From the NCBI GenBank assembly GCA_026770705.1, contig JANJGN010000007.1, forward strand, positions 109,864,001 to 109,928,000: a stretch of DNA of 64,000 nt, given 5' to 3'. The notes beneath the pieces are model-generated. The model saw nothing but the letters and a program-made list of their open reading frames with translations, made no database searches and was not told where the DNA came from. Both the position numbers and the translations under genes were made by a program. Positions 22,760-35,440 of the stretch are shown here, one piece after another. Each line of letters starts with the position of its first letter. The first letter of the stretch is position 1. Source of the stretch: Isurus oxyrinchus. Its lineage: Eukaryota.

Positions 22760-25700
22760 AGGAAAACTAGAATATAACAGGAGAAGTAGGGCATCTGGTC
22801 CCTCAATCCTGCTCCACCTTTCAATAAGACAATGGCTGATCTGTTCTTGACCACAATTCCGCTGTCCTGCCTGCCCCTCCCACACCCATAAAGCTTGACT
22901 CTTTGGGAGATGAAAAATCTGTCTAACTCAGCCCTCAATATATTCAGTGATCCATCCTCCACTGGTCTCTGAGAAGACAATTCCAAAGACTAATGACTGT
23001 CTGAGAATAGAAATATTTATTCACCTCTGTCTTAAATGGGAGGATCCTTATTTGCAAACGGTGCACCTCGTTTTCGATTCCCCCACATCCTCTCAGTGTT
23101 TGCCTTCTCAAACCCCCTCAGAAATATAGATGTTTCAATAAGATTACATCTCGTTCTTCTAATCTTCGATGAGTATAGCCCAGCTGGCTCAAACTTTCAT
23201 CCAAAAACAGACCGTTCACCCCAAGAATCAACCTGGTGAACCGTCTCCAAACTGTCAGCAGTGCAAGTATGTCCCTCTTTAAATAAGGAGGCCAAAACTG
23301 TAAGCTATACTCTAGTGTTCTCTCACCAATGGCCTGCCGCTGTGGCAAGGCATCTATACTTTTTACTGAACCCCTTTGCAATGAAGGCCAACATTCATAA
23401 GCACTTGCTGTACCTGCATGTTGACTATTTGTGATTCATGTTCAAGGGCACCCTGATTCCTCTGTACCACCATGTTCCATAATCTCTGTCCATTTAAATA
23501 ATAGTCTGCTTTTCTATCCTGTCTATCAAAGTAGATAGCCTCACATTTTCCCACAATGTATTCCATTTTCCAAATTTCAATCCGCTCGTTTAACCTACCT
23601 ACATTCCTTTGCAGACTCAGCTTGCGTCCTCTACAAAATAGCTTTCCAATCTATCTTTATAACATCAGCAAACCTAGCTACAATACACCCTGTGCTTTCG
23701 TCCAAATCATTAACATAGATTGCAAACATTTGGAGCCCTAGCACTCAGCTTCGTGGCACATGATTAGTTAGTTTTCCAGTTTGAAATTTACCAATTTATT
23801 AAGACTGCCTGCCTCCTGTTAGTGTGCCAATCCTCTACCCACATTAATATATTAACCTCAACACTGTGCCGTAACTTTTACATGGGAACTTACCGAATGC
23901 TTTTTGGAAATCTAAATAGATTTGATCAATTGGTTCCCCTTTGTCGACTTGTTACATTCTCAAAGAACTCTAACACATTTATCAAACATGATCTCCCTTT
24001 TCCAAAACCATGTTGCATCTGTTTGATTGTATTATGAGTTTCTGAATGCTCTGCTACTACTTTCTTAATAATGGACCACCAGCATTATGACAGATGCTAG
24101 GCTAATTGGCCTATAGATTCCTGTTTCCTGCCACCATCTTTTCTTGAATAGGGGCATTAAACTTGCAGTTTCCAATCAAATGGGACTTCTGTAGAATCTC
24201 AGGAATTTTAGAATGTTATAAGCAATGTTTCAACTATCGCCACAGCTACCCCCTTTAGTACCATAACAATTACCAACGATCAGGTCCAGGCCCCATTAAT
24301 TCATGTAAGACTTTTTCTCTAGTGATTGTGGTTGGATTCTTTCCACCTTCCCTTTTGCACCTCAATTTTCTTCTAATATTGGGATGCTTTTGATGTCACT
24401 TATTGTGTGCTGCAAGACCTGGACAACATTCAGGTATGAGTTAATAAGTGGCAGATAACATGTGTGCCACAAAAGTGCAAGATAATGACCATCTCCAACA
24501 AGTGAGAATCCAACAACCTTGCCATTCAGTGATATTAGCATGCTGAATGGTCCACTGTCAACATCATCAGAGTTACCATTGACCAGGAACTGACCTAGAC
24601 CAGCTATATACTGTGGCTACAAGAGGAGTCAGAGACATGGAATTCAGTGGTGAGTAATTCACCTCTTGCATTCCCAAAGCCTGTCCACCATCTACAAGGC
24701 ACAAGTCTGGAGTGGGATGGAATACTCTCCGGTTGCCTGGATGAGTGCAGCTCCATCAACAATCAAAAAGCTCGACACCATCCAGGACAAAGCAGCCCAT
24801 TTGATGAGTACCCCATTTACCTCCTCCAATCTACAATCCTTCCACCACTAATGCACGGTGGCAGTCGTGTGTACCATCTACAACATGCATTATAGCAGCT
24901 CACCAAAGCTCCTTCGACAGCATCTTCCAAACATTTGATCTCCACCACCTAGAAGGACAAGGGCAGCAGATGCATGGGAGCACCACCACCTGGAAGTTCC
25001 ACTCCAAGCCACTCGTCGTCCTGACTTGGAAATATATTGCCATTCCTTCATGTCACTGAATCAAAATGCCGTATCTCCCTCCCAAGCAGCACTATGGGTA
25101 TACCTACACCATATGGACTGTTGCGGTTCAAGAAGGCAGCTCAGCACCACATACCCAAGGGCAATTAGGGATGGGAAACAAAAATATTGGCCTAGTCAGC
25201 TACGCCCAAGTCCCATGAAAGAATGTTAAAAGCACAATAAGTACAAGGTACATGTTCAATGTCGCTGCCATTTCCTTGCTACCAATGATTAGTTCTGCAG
25301 TCTTATCCTCAAAGGGACCAAAGTATATTTTAGCTATTCTCTTCTTTTTTATATAAAATCCCTTAAAGTCTGTTTTTATATTGCTTGCGAGTTTACTACC
25401 ATATTTTAATTTCTCCCTCCTTTTTATGCATCCTTTGCTGTTTTCTACAATTTTCACAATCGACTAGCCATCCAGTGATCCTCACGGCATTTTATGCCTT
25501 TTCGTTCAATTGAATACCATCATTACCTTCTTTTATTAGACACAGATGATTCATGCTCCTCTGAGAGTCGTTATTCCTCAAAACAGTGTATACATTTGTT
25601 GAGAGTTATGAAATATCTCCTCAAACGTCTGCTATTGCTTACCTACCATCTAAACTTTTAACCTATTTTCCGAGTCCACTTTAGCTGACTCATCTTCATA

Positions 25701-26030
25701 CATTCATCCTTGTTTTCATTGCAGTTTAACACAGTAGTTTCAGGCCCAAACTTCACGCTCTCAAACTGAATTCGACATTCTATATGTAGGGTCACTCTTC
25801 CCTCGAAACCCTTTGCTATGAGGTATTTAACGAATTCTGCCTCATTGCACTTTATCAGGTCTAAAATAAATTGTCCCCTGGGTCGGTACCACAATGCATT
25901 GTTCTTAGAATCTGTCCAAAATACATTCTATGAACTCGACCTGAAAGCTACCGGTGCCAATTTTATTTGTCCAAACTATAAGATGATTAAAATCTCCCAT
26001 GATCATTACAGTATCTTTCTTGCAAGCCCC
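22760..26030 (-). mobile_element. Degraded long CR1 LINE with nested HER1-like fragment (+, about 24405-25230); paralogue about 59645-63150 with nested 61245-62080
   Basis: Fragments RTLEYSLQFWPPYLKRDI, QHGFRKGRS, LASNIKTDFKGFY, ILDLIKCNE, MVMGDFN on the minus strand. Confidence 0.85.
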
Positions 26031-26150
26031 TGGGTATTGCGCACACTGGTACAGCTGTTTACTTTAGTATTTACATTTTCTTTCTCTTGCTTCTTGAGAA
26101 TTCCACAGTTGGCCAAATACACTCCACTCAAACTTCCTCTCAAACGAACA

Positions 26151-26820
26151 AATGACCCAAACCTCCCTGTTGCTTGCCATTTTAACACACCACCCTGCTC
26201 TCTTGCCCACATGTCTGTACTTGGCTTGCTGCATTGTTCCAATGAAGCCCAACGCAAACTGGAGGAACAGCACCTCATCTTCCGACTAGGCACTTTAAAG
26301 CCTTCGGGACTAAATATTGAATTCAACAACTTTAGGTCTTGAACTCCCTCCTCCATCCCCACCCCCTTTCTGTTTCTTCCCCCTTCCTTTTGTCTTTTCC
26401 AATCATTTATATAGATTTTTCTTTTCCCACCTATTTCCATTATTTTTAAATCTTTTATGCCCACCATCCCCACTAGAGCTGTACCTTGAGTGCCCTACCA
26501 TCCATTCTTAATTAGCACATTCGTTTAGATAATATCACCAATTTCAACACCTCTATGTTATTTGTTCTTTTGTCTGTGACATCTTTTGATTATCTGCTCC
26601 TATCACTGCTTGCTTGTCCCTACAACCACACCACCCCTTCCACTTCTCTCGCCCCACACTCCCTCCCCCCCCCCCCCCCCCTCACCTTAAACCAGCTTAT
26701 ATTTCACCCCTCTCCTTGGATTCACCTAGTTCTGATGAAGGATCATGAGGACTCGAGACGTCAACTCTTCTCCGCCGATGCTACCAGACCTGCTGAGTTT
26801 TTCCAAGTAATTCTGTTTTA
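26151..26820 (+). mobile_element. Penelope 3'-terminal fragment
   Basis: NDPNLPVACHFNTPPCSLAHMSVLGLLHC...IEFNNFRS and 3' terminal repeat closely matching 12385-13100. Confidence 0.92.
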
Positions 26821-26840
26821 GTTTCACCTAATAGGGCATC

Positions 26841-27450
26841 TTCCCGCTCTTCCGAGAAGTGTCAGATGCCGAGGTTCACTGGGGAACAACCAGGAGCTCT
26901 TGGAAGACGGAGAAGCGAAAATAGACAATATAACCTTCCCCAAAAAAAAATGGCGGGATACGCCATCCACCTACGTAATGTGAGATTGAGAGAATCTGTC
27001 CGCTATTACTGCCCGGCCTACTGCCGGGAATGATAGCTGGGAATAGAACCGGCTCCGAGATCCTTGCGCCTGATGAGCCGCAGGTTCTGGATGTTGCAGG
27101 AGTTAATTGTGCATCAGGTACTTGGTAAATTATCCTCGGCATAGCGAAGAGTGTGGGAATGGGACACCTGTCCAGGCCTTTGCATTTAGTTTAAATTCTG
27201 TCCGTCAAACTCACCGGCTCTCCTGTACAAATCAGCTCAGTTTTATCCTGAAGATCTCAATGCGATTTGATATTAGGAACAATATCAAAGTTGAAGCCAA
27301 TAGTATGAAGCAGCGAACCACAGTGGGGGAATGTACGAGCCTTCCAGCACTTTAAAATATGCCTCATCGACAAGCAGTGAAGCTGTATGCAGTTGCCAAG
27401 TGTCTCATCTTTCTCTTCAGATTCCAACATTGTCGATTAGAAATGTGAAG
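26841..27450 (+). pseudogene. Gene C relic: degraded, divergent V-J exon (26841-27072) and C1 exon (about 27160-27450) of the same receptor family
   Basis: With frameshifts reads FPLFREVSDAEVHW...YAIHLRNVRLRESVRYYC...GMIAGNRTGSEILAP, then HRLSC..SAQFYPEDLNAI*...GMYEPSSTL...VCSCQVSHLSLQIP followed by donor AAG|GTATGG. Confidence 0.75.
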
Positions 27451-27889
27451 GTATGGACTTTTTTTTTTCAGGAACTCTTGCTCGTTTGTCGTTTTTCTTA
27501 ATGCAATGACGTTTGTTATTTCGTGTTAGCAGTTGACGCTGTTGCTTTCACTCTACATTGAGGATTTATTGGACCGATTGAAACATTGAAAGTTATGAGA
27601 TATTATCCCAGGAAATAGCTGATGAACAGTTCCGACGATTATTACTCCAGAGCAGCAGTATCTTGCGAGGGACAAGACGTCCTCTGGCCACTTTGGAGTA
27701 GCAACATTGAGAGGTTATCTGGGGAGTTACCATGTTTTGGGGAAATGGTGGAAGTGTTGTAAAAGAAGCCATATAAGATTTCACTAGAAAGTACAGCCAG
27801 ACAAAATATTTCTCAGTTATTAAACGAGAGTGAAATGCCAATCGCCTCGGAAACAGGCTAATCATTTGTTTAATTATTGTTTAAAAAAA

Positions 27890-28230
27890 GGAAAGATTTA
27901 TATTAAAAGCACGATAACCAGAATTTCCAGAGCCCTTTGCAGTCAACTTTTGAAGAATAGTCATTGTTTTAATTAGAAAGAGTCACTGCAAATTTTCGCA
28001 TACCAAATCTCCAAATTAGCAACGTCATTATGACCAGATACCCTGTTTCTTTTCCGGCGATTTAGTGATTAATTTGGTCAGGACACTGGGGATAACACCT
28101 CGACTTTCTTCAAAATACTGCCATGAGATCTTTGACGTTCACCCAAGGGAACAGATGGAACCTTGGTTGAACGTCGCATCGGGATGACATCACGTCACAA
28201 TGCAGCTCTCGCTGGAAGTTGAACACACAA
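27890..28230 (-). mobile_element. Deu-domain (SacSINE1/AmnSINE1-like) SINE, degraded; related pieces at 29840-29940 (+), 36400-36540 (-), 37430-37860 (-)
   Basis: Recognisable Deu core (tgccatgagatctttgacgttcacc...) and tail (cttcattggctgtaaagcgctttg); family call from memory, not a database search. Confidence 0.55.
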
Positions 28231-28879
28231 CACTCTCAGACAGATGTGAGAGTACTACCAACTGAACAATTGCTGTCACTGAAATTAATATAAAAATGAA
28301 AGAAAAACGAAAACTGAGTGGAGACCATATCGTCGTCTTTGAAATTATGAGAGGTTTTGATATGGTAGATCCAAAGAAAATGTGTCCGCTTTTGATTGAA
28401 TCCAACACTAGAAGGCAGGAATAGATAGCTATAAATGAATCCAATCGGTAATGCATGAGAAGATTCTACAGCCAACAAGAGATTAGAAGGTGGAGTACGC
28501 GAGAGAAAGGGGTAATTGAGGAGAATGAATAGAACCATTCAAAGGGGAAGTTTCAAATGAATATAAGGCAGAAAGAAATATGCAGATAGGGATAGAAGAG
28601 GAGGGATAAGAGGAGCATTAATGTCAGCATATATTAGTTGGGCCCAATATCACTTTCTTTGCTGTAGACTCTATGTAATGCCATGTAATGTAAAACTGAA
28701 TATGTTGGAAACATTCGATGGGCCAAGAGAAAAGGTAAGATACTGTTTCAGTCATAACCCTTCATCAGAACTGGAAAAATAAAGAGGAAATCACAAATGA
28801 CAATGTACATTTATACAGTGCCTTAAAAGTAGAAAGATGCACTAAAGTGTTTCCCCAACCCGAACCAAAAGTAGAAATA

Positions 28880-29620
28880 TACACAGTCAAAGGGAGGCGT
28901 GTTAGAAGAGAAGAGGCAAACGCTCGATCGAAGAGGTGGCTTTAAGGAACAATGTTATTGGACGATAAAGAACGCAGAAGCGGTGACACTTTGAGTGGGA
29001 ATAAAGTCTAGACAATGGAGGTAAAAGGCTGATAATGTATTACACTCCAGCAATAGGAGAATGTAGATGTGGAGGAACGATTGGCTGGGCGAGTTACTGA
29101 GATAGGGAAGTCCAAGGCCTAAAAGAAATGCAATTGAATATGAGAATTTTAAATTTGATGCACTCGGGTTGGTGAGACAATTATTAGCCAGCCAGGGTAA
29201 AAATGATGGGTGAGCAAGAGCAGATACACGATATGATACGGGCACCAAAGTTTTGAATGAGCTAAAGTTTATCCAAACTAAGAGTCAGCAGGGCTGGAAG
29301 GACTCAGCGAGGATTGCAAAGATGTAATTGGAGAGATCATGATTATGTGTGGTGATGTAAGTGGGTGAGCAGTCTGTTTTACATCTCTCCAGATTTTCAT
29401 TTCCATTAACTTGTATTGATCAATATTGAGATTTCACTAGCCAAGGATAGCTGTTTCTGTTACAGACGATTGAGATGGGGTGCAGACAGATAATGTCACA
29501 GAATCAGAAGAAAGCAGTCTTTGCAATGAAGAGGATGTGGAGTCGACATCACAGAGAATTTCATTTGTGAATTTGCTTAGAGCTGCTGTGGCAGGGTTGA
29601 AATCTGAATAACCAATAAAA
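28880..29620 (-). mobile_element. Highly degraded L2-like LINE fragment
   Basis: Minus-strand TAALSKFTNEILCD resembles the L2 RT motif TETAL.KVTNDIL. Confidence 0.4.
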
Positions 29621-29729
29621 CGGGGTTGGAGAAACAGAAAAGTGATGGAAAAATAAACAGATTGTTTGATCAAGGAAGGAGAATGATCGCCTGCTTGCCA
29701 TTTAAATATTTCACCATTTCCCTGTCTGT

Positions 29730-30185
29730 GAATGTACATGTATGCCTATATGTGGCTGTATGTGTATATATATGTGCGTCCTTATATATATGTGTGTGCA
29801 TGCCTATTGGTGCATATGTGTATGTATGAGCTTGCATGTATGTATTCCTACATTACAGCAGCGCCTATACTTCATTGGCTGTAAAGCGCTTTGTGGCAGC
29901 CTGAATCAGGAAAGGTGGTTTGAAAATACAAGTCGTTCCATTTATGAGTTTCGCTGAAATAAGAGATAGCCGTTGAAGCTTTTTATCTATCAATCACCAG
30001 AATAGATTCACAAAAAAGCCAGATGTCAAAGTCTTCAGCAATACACCAGCTACATACAAACTGATTAGTTATAAGCGTGTGAATGTCTGTGGTGTGTATG
30101 AATTTGTGTGTGTACCAATGATTCTGCATGAGTGCGTGCTTATGCGTGTATGTGGTTTTGTGTGTGTGTGAATATATGTGTATAG
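29730..30185. repeat. Degenerate (TG/TA)n low-complexity tracts
   Basis: tgtatgtgtatatatatgtgcg-type runs at 29730-29845 and 30075-30185. Confidence 0.75.
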
Positions 30186-30332
30186 CCCACCCCACGTCCA
30201 ATTCATGCGTCACTCCATACGTGTTGATTCACATTTCCTTCCTGTACTGCAACGCCTTTAATTCAAAATTCTCATCCATCTTTTCAAATCACTCAAGGAC
30301 CTTGATATGTAATCCATGTCCAATTTCCATCA

Positions 30333-33300
30333 GAATTATGTGGAAAAACTCAGCAGGTCTGGCAGCATCGGCGGAGAAGAAAAGAGTTGATGTTTCGAGT
30401 CCTCATGTTCCTTCAACAGAACTGATCTTTCTTTACAAGGAGAGGGAAATATAAGCTAGTTTAAGGTGGGGGTGGGGGGAGAGGTGGAGCGGGGGTGTTA
30501 GGATAGGAGCAGATCATCAAAAGATGTCATAGACAAAAGAACAAAAGAACACAGAGGTGTTGAAGTTGGTGATATTATCTAAACGAATGTGCTAATTAAG
30601 AATGCATGGTAGGGCACTCAAGGTATAGCTCTAGTGGGGGTGGGGGAGCATAAAAGATTTAAAAATAATGGAAATAAGTGGGAAAAGAAAAATCTATATA
30701 AATAATTCGAAAAGAAAAAAAAAGGAAGGAGGAAGAAACAGAAAGGGGGTGGGGATGGAGGAGGGAGCTCAAGACCTAAAGTTGTTGAATTCAATATTCA
30801 GTCCAGAAGGCTATAAAGTGCCTAGTCGACACATAAGGTGCTGTTCCTCCAGTTTGCGTTGGGCTTCACTGGAACAATGCAGAAGGCCAAGGACAGACAT
30901 GTGGGCAAGAGAGCAGGGTGGAGTGTTAAAATGGCAAGCAACAGGGAGGTTTGGGTCATTCTTGCAGACAGACTGCAGGTGTTCTGCAAACCAGTCACCC
31001 AGTTTACGTTTGGTCTCTCCAATGTAGAGGAGACCACATTGGGAGCAAAGAATACAGTAGACTATGTTGGGGGAAATGCAAGAGAAATGCTGCTTCACTT
31101 GAAAGGAGTGTTTGGGCCCTTGGATGGTGAGGAGAGAGGAAGTGAAGGGGCAGCTCTTACATTTTTTGCGTGGGCATGGGGAGGTGCCATAGGTTGGGGT
31201 TGAGGAGTAGGGGGTGATGGAGGAGCGGACCAGGGTGTCTCGGAGGGAACAGTCCCTACGGAATGCCAGCAGGGGGGCGGGGGTTGAAGGGAAGATGTGT
31301 TTGGTGGTGGCATCATGCTGGAGTTGGTGGAAATGGCGGAGGATGATCCTTTGAATGCGGAGGCTGGTGGGGTGATAAGTGAGGACAAGGGGGACCATAT
31401 CATGTTTCTGGGAGGAAGGAGAAGGCGTGAGGGCGGATGCGCGGGAGATGGGCTGGACACGGTTGACGGCCCTGTCAACGACTGTGGGCAGAAAACCTCG
31501 GTTAAGGAAGAAGGAGGACATGTCAGAGGAACTGTTTTTGAAGGTAGCATCATCGGAACAGATGCGACGGAATTGAAGGAACTGAGAGAATGGGATGGAG
31601 TCCTTACAGGAAGTAGGGTGTGAGGAGCTGTAGTTGAGATAGCTATGAGAGTCGATTGGCTTGTAATGGATATGGGTGGACAGTTTATCACCAGAGATTG
31701 AGACAGAGAGGTCATGGAAGGGAAGGGAAGTGTCAGAGATGGACCACGTGAAAATGATGGAGGGGTGGAGATTGAAAGCAAAATCAATAAATTTTTCCAA
31801 GTCCCGACGAGAGCATGAAGCAACACCGAAGTAATTATCGATGTACTAGAGAAAGAGTTGTGGAAGGGGGCCGGAGAAGGACTGGAGCAAGGAATGTTCC
31901 ACATACCCCATAAAGAGACAGGCATAGCTGGGGCCCATGTGGGTACCCATAGCCACACCTTTTATTTGGAGGAAGTGAGAGGAGTGAAGCAGAAATTGTT
32001 CAATGTGAGAACAAGTTCAGCCAGACGGAGGAGAGTAGTGGTGGATGGGGATTGTTCGGGCCTCTGTTCGAGGAAGAAGCTAAGGGCCCTCAGACCATCC
32101 TGGTGGGGGATGGAGGTGGAGAGGGATTGGAAGTCCATGGTGAAGAGCAAGCGGTTGGGGCCAGGGAACTGGAAATTGTTGATGTGACGTAAGATGTCAG
32201 AGGAATCACAGATGCAGGTGGGAAGGGATTGGACAAAGGGAGAGAGAAGGGAGTCAAGATAATGAGAAATGACTTCCGTGAGGCAGGCGCAAGCTGACAT
32301 GATCGGTCTACCGGGATAGTTCTGTTTGTGGATTTTGGGTAGGAGGTAGAAGTGGGCCATCCGAGGTTGGGCGACTTTCAGGTTGGAAGCTGTGGGAGGA
32401 AGATCCCCAGAGGAGATGAGGTCAGTGACAGTCCTAGAAACAATGGCTTGATGTTCAGTGGTGGGGTCATGGTCCAGGGAGAGGTAGGAGGAAGTGTCTG
32501 CGAGTTGATGCTCAGCCTCCATGAGGCAGAGGTCAGTGCGCCAGACAACAACAGCACCACCCTTGTCAGCGGGTTTGATGACAACGTCAGGGTTGGACCT
32601 GAGAGAATGGAGTGCAGTACGTTCAGAGAGAGAGAGATTATAGCGGTGAGAGGAGCAGATAAATTGAGATGACTAATGTCACGCCGACAGTTCTCAATGA
32701 AAAGATCAAGACATGGTAAGAATCCAGAGGGAGAGGTCCAGGTGGAGGGTGAATATTGGAGGTGGGTAAAAGGGGAGAGAACTCCTGCCCAAAGAAGTGA
32801 GCCCGGAGACAAAGACGGTGGAAGAAGAGTTCAGCATTGTGCCGAGCCCGAAATTCATTGATATGAGGGCGTAAGGGTATGAAACTAAATCCTTTGCTAA
32901 GCACTGAACATTCAGCGTCGGAGAGGGGAATGTCCAGTGGTAAAGTGAATACACGGCTGGGGCTGGGATTGGAAGATGGGGTGAGGATGGAGGGACAGGC
33001 AGGGGTGGAGGGTCCTAGATGGGTGTTGGTGTCGATGAGTTGCTGGAGCTTGCGCTCCTTAGCACTTGAGAGAAAAAGAAAAAGTTTCCTGTTGAGACGT
33101 CGAATGAGACGAAGAATAAGATGAAACTGGGGCACGCGTAGCTTTGAAAAAGGGTACGGCGGTGCTGCTGGAGAGAGAGGTCTAGTGTGTTCATATGGCG
33201 GTGCATGGCACTGAGTGCGGATCTCAGAATGTGACGGGAACAGCAGTCCGAGAAACGTTTTATGTCCCAGAGATACCTGTAATCCTGGGTGGGTTCGAAA

Positions 33301-35217
33301 CATGAGGGGTGGAATTTCAGTTGAAATCCACGTGGGGTAAGTGGGAGACGGAAACAGTCACTGAGCAAGAAATATGGCTGTGAAAGCAGGTTTTAGTAAA
33401 CACCTTGTCAAACAGCAGGAGAGAAATGGAAAGCAATGAAGGTGAACAAGGAAAAAGAGAGATACGGAAATCTTGTCGCAGAGATGAACAGAACTTCTTC
33501 AAGGTAGGCATTTCTTGAAGAGTAATGACAGTCAATTAAACACAGAGATAAAAACAAAAAACTGCGGATGCTGGAAATCCAAAACAAAAACAGAATTACC
33601 TGGAAAAACTCAGCAGGTCTGGCAGCATCGCCGGTGAAGAAAAGATTTGACGTTTCGAGTCCTCATGACCCTTCAGCAGAATTGATCTTTCTTTACAAGG
33701 AGAGGGAAATATAAGCTGGTTTAAGGTGGGGCGAGGGGCGGGGGGAGAAGTGGAGGGGGGTTGGTGTTAGGATAGGAGCAGATCATCAAAATATGTCACA
33801 GATAAAAGAACAAAAGAACACAGAGGTGTTGAAGTTGGTGATATTATCTAAACGAATGTGCTAATTAAGAATGGATGGTAGGGCACTCAAGGTATAGCTC
33901 TAGTGGGGGTGGGGGAGCATAAAAGATTTTAAAATAATGGAAATAGGTGGGAAAAGAAAAATCTATATAAATTATTCGAAAAGAAAAAAAAACAAAAGGA
34001 AGGGGGAAGAAAGAGAAAGAGGGTGGGGATGGAGGAGGGAGCTCAAGACCTAAAGTTGTTGAATTCAATATTCAGCCCAGAAGGCTGTAAAGTGCCTCGG
34101 CGGAAGATGAGGTGCTGTTCCTCCAGTTTGCGTTGGGCTTCACTGGAACAATGCAGCAGGCCAAGGACAGACATGTGGGCAAGAGAGCAGGGTGCAGTGT
34201 TAAAATGGCAAGCGACAGGGAGGTTTGGGTCATTCTTGCGGACAGACCACAGACGTTCTGCAAACCAGTCACCCAGTTTACGTTTGGTCTCTCCAATGTA
34301 GAGGAGACCACATTGGGAGCAAAGAATACAGTAGACTAAGATTGGGGAAATGCAAGTGAAATGCTGCTTCACTTGAAAGGAGTGTTGGGGCCCTTGGCCG
34401 ATGAGGAGGGAGGAAGTGAAAGGGCAGGTGTTACATCTTTTGCGTAGGCATGGGGAGGTGCCATAGGTGGGGGTTGAGGAGTAGGGGGTGATGGAGGAGT
34501 GGACCAGGGTGTCCCAGAGAAAACAATCCCTATGGAATGCCGACAGGGGGGGAGAAGGGAAGATGTGTTTGGTGGTGGCATCATGCTGGAGTTAGCAGAA
34601 ATGGCGGAGGATGATCCTTTGAATGCAGAGGCTGGTGGGGTGATAAGTAAGGACAAGGGGGACCCTAACATGTTTCTGGGAGGGAGGAAAAGGCATCAGG
34701 ATGGATGCGCGGGAGATGGGCTGGACACGGTTGACGGCCCTGTCAACGACTGTGGGTGGAAAATCTCGGTTAAGGATGACATGTCAGAGGAACTGTTTTT
34801 GAAGGTAGATGCGAACAGATGCGACGGAATTGAAGGAACTGAGAGAATTGAATGGAGTCCTTACAGGAAGTGGGGTGTGATGAGCTGTAGTCGATGTAGC
34901 TGTGGGAGTCGCTAGACTTGTAATGGATATTGGTGGACCGTTTATCACCAGAGATTATTTCTTTCCAATAATTTATATAGATTTTTCTTTTCCCACCTAT
35001 TTCCATTATTTTTAAAACTTTTATGCTCCCCCACCCCCGCTAGAGCTATACCTTGAGTGCCCTACCATCCATTCTTAATTAGCACATTCGGTTAGATAAT
35101 GTCACCAACTTCAACACCTCTGTGTTCTTTTGTTCTTTTGTCTGTGACATCTTTTGATGATCTGCTCCTATCCTAACATTCCCCCCCTCCACTTCTGCCC
35201 GCCACCACCCCCCCCCC

Positions 35218-35257
<40 letters not shown>

Positions 35258-35440
35258 CCCTTCCTTAAACCAGCTTATATTTCCCTATCCTTGTAAAGAA
35301 AGATCAGTTCTGTTGAAGGGTCATGAGGACTCGAAACGTCAACTCTTTTCTTCTCCGCCGATGCTGCCAGACCTGCTGAGTTTTTCCAGGTAATTCTGTT
35401 TTTGTTTTGGATTTCCAGCATTCGCAGTTTTTTGTTTTTA
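30333..35440 (-). mobile_element. Penelope composite insertion: near full-length unit (30333-33548, minus), tandem 5'-truncated unit (33549-34956, minus), inverted 3' end (34957-35440, plus)
   Basis: Frameshifted RT/GIY-YIG ORFs extending to an N-terminal region (MPTLKKFCSS..., PRGFQLKFHPSCF); perfect 14-bp TSD tccaatttccatca at 30319-30332 and 35441-35454. Confidence 0.95.

Larger units (their letters stand above)
1..26030 (+). repeat. Segmental duplication copy 1 (contains gene A); runs off the window start
   Basis: Colinear with 43985-62877 across exons, introns and shared old repeats; roughly 85-90% identity by eye (V exon 34 differences in 306 nt). Confidence 0.95.
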
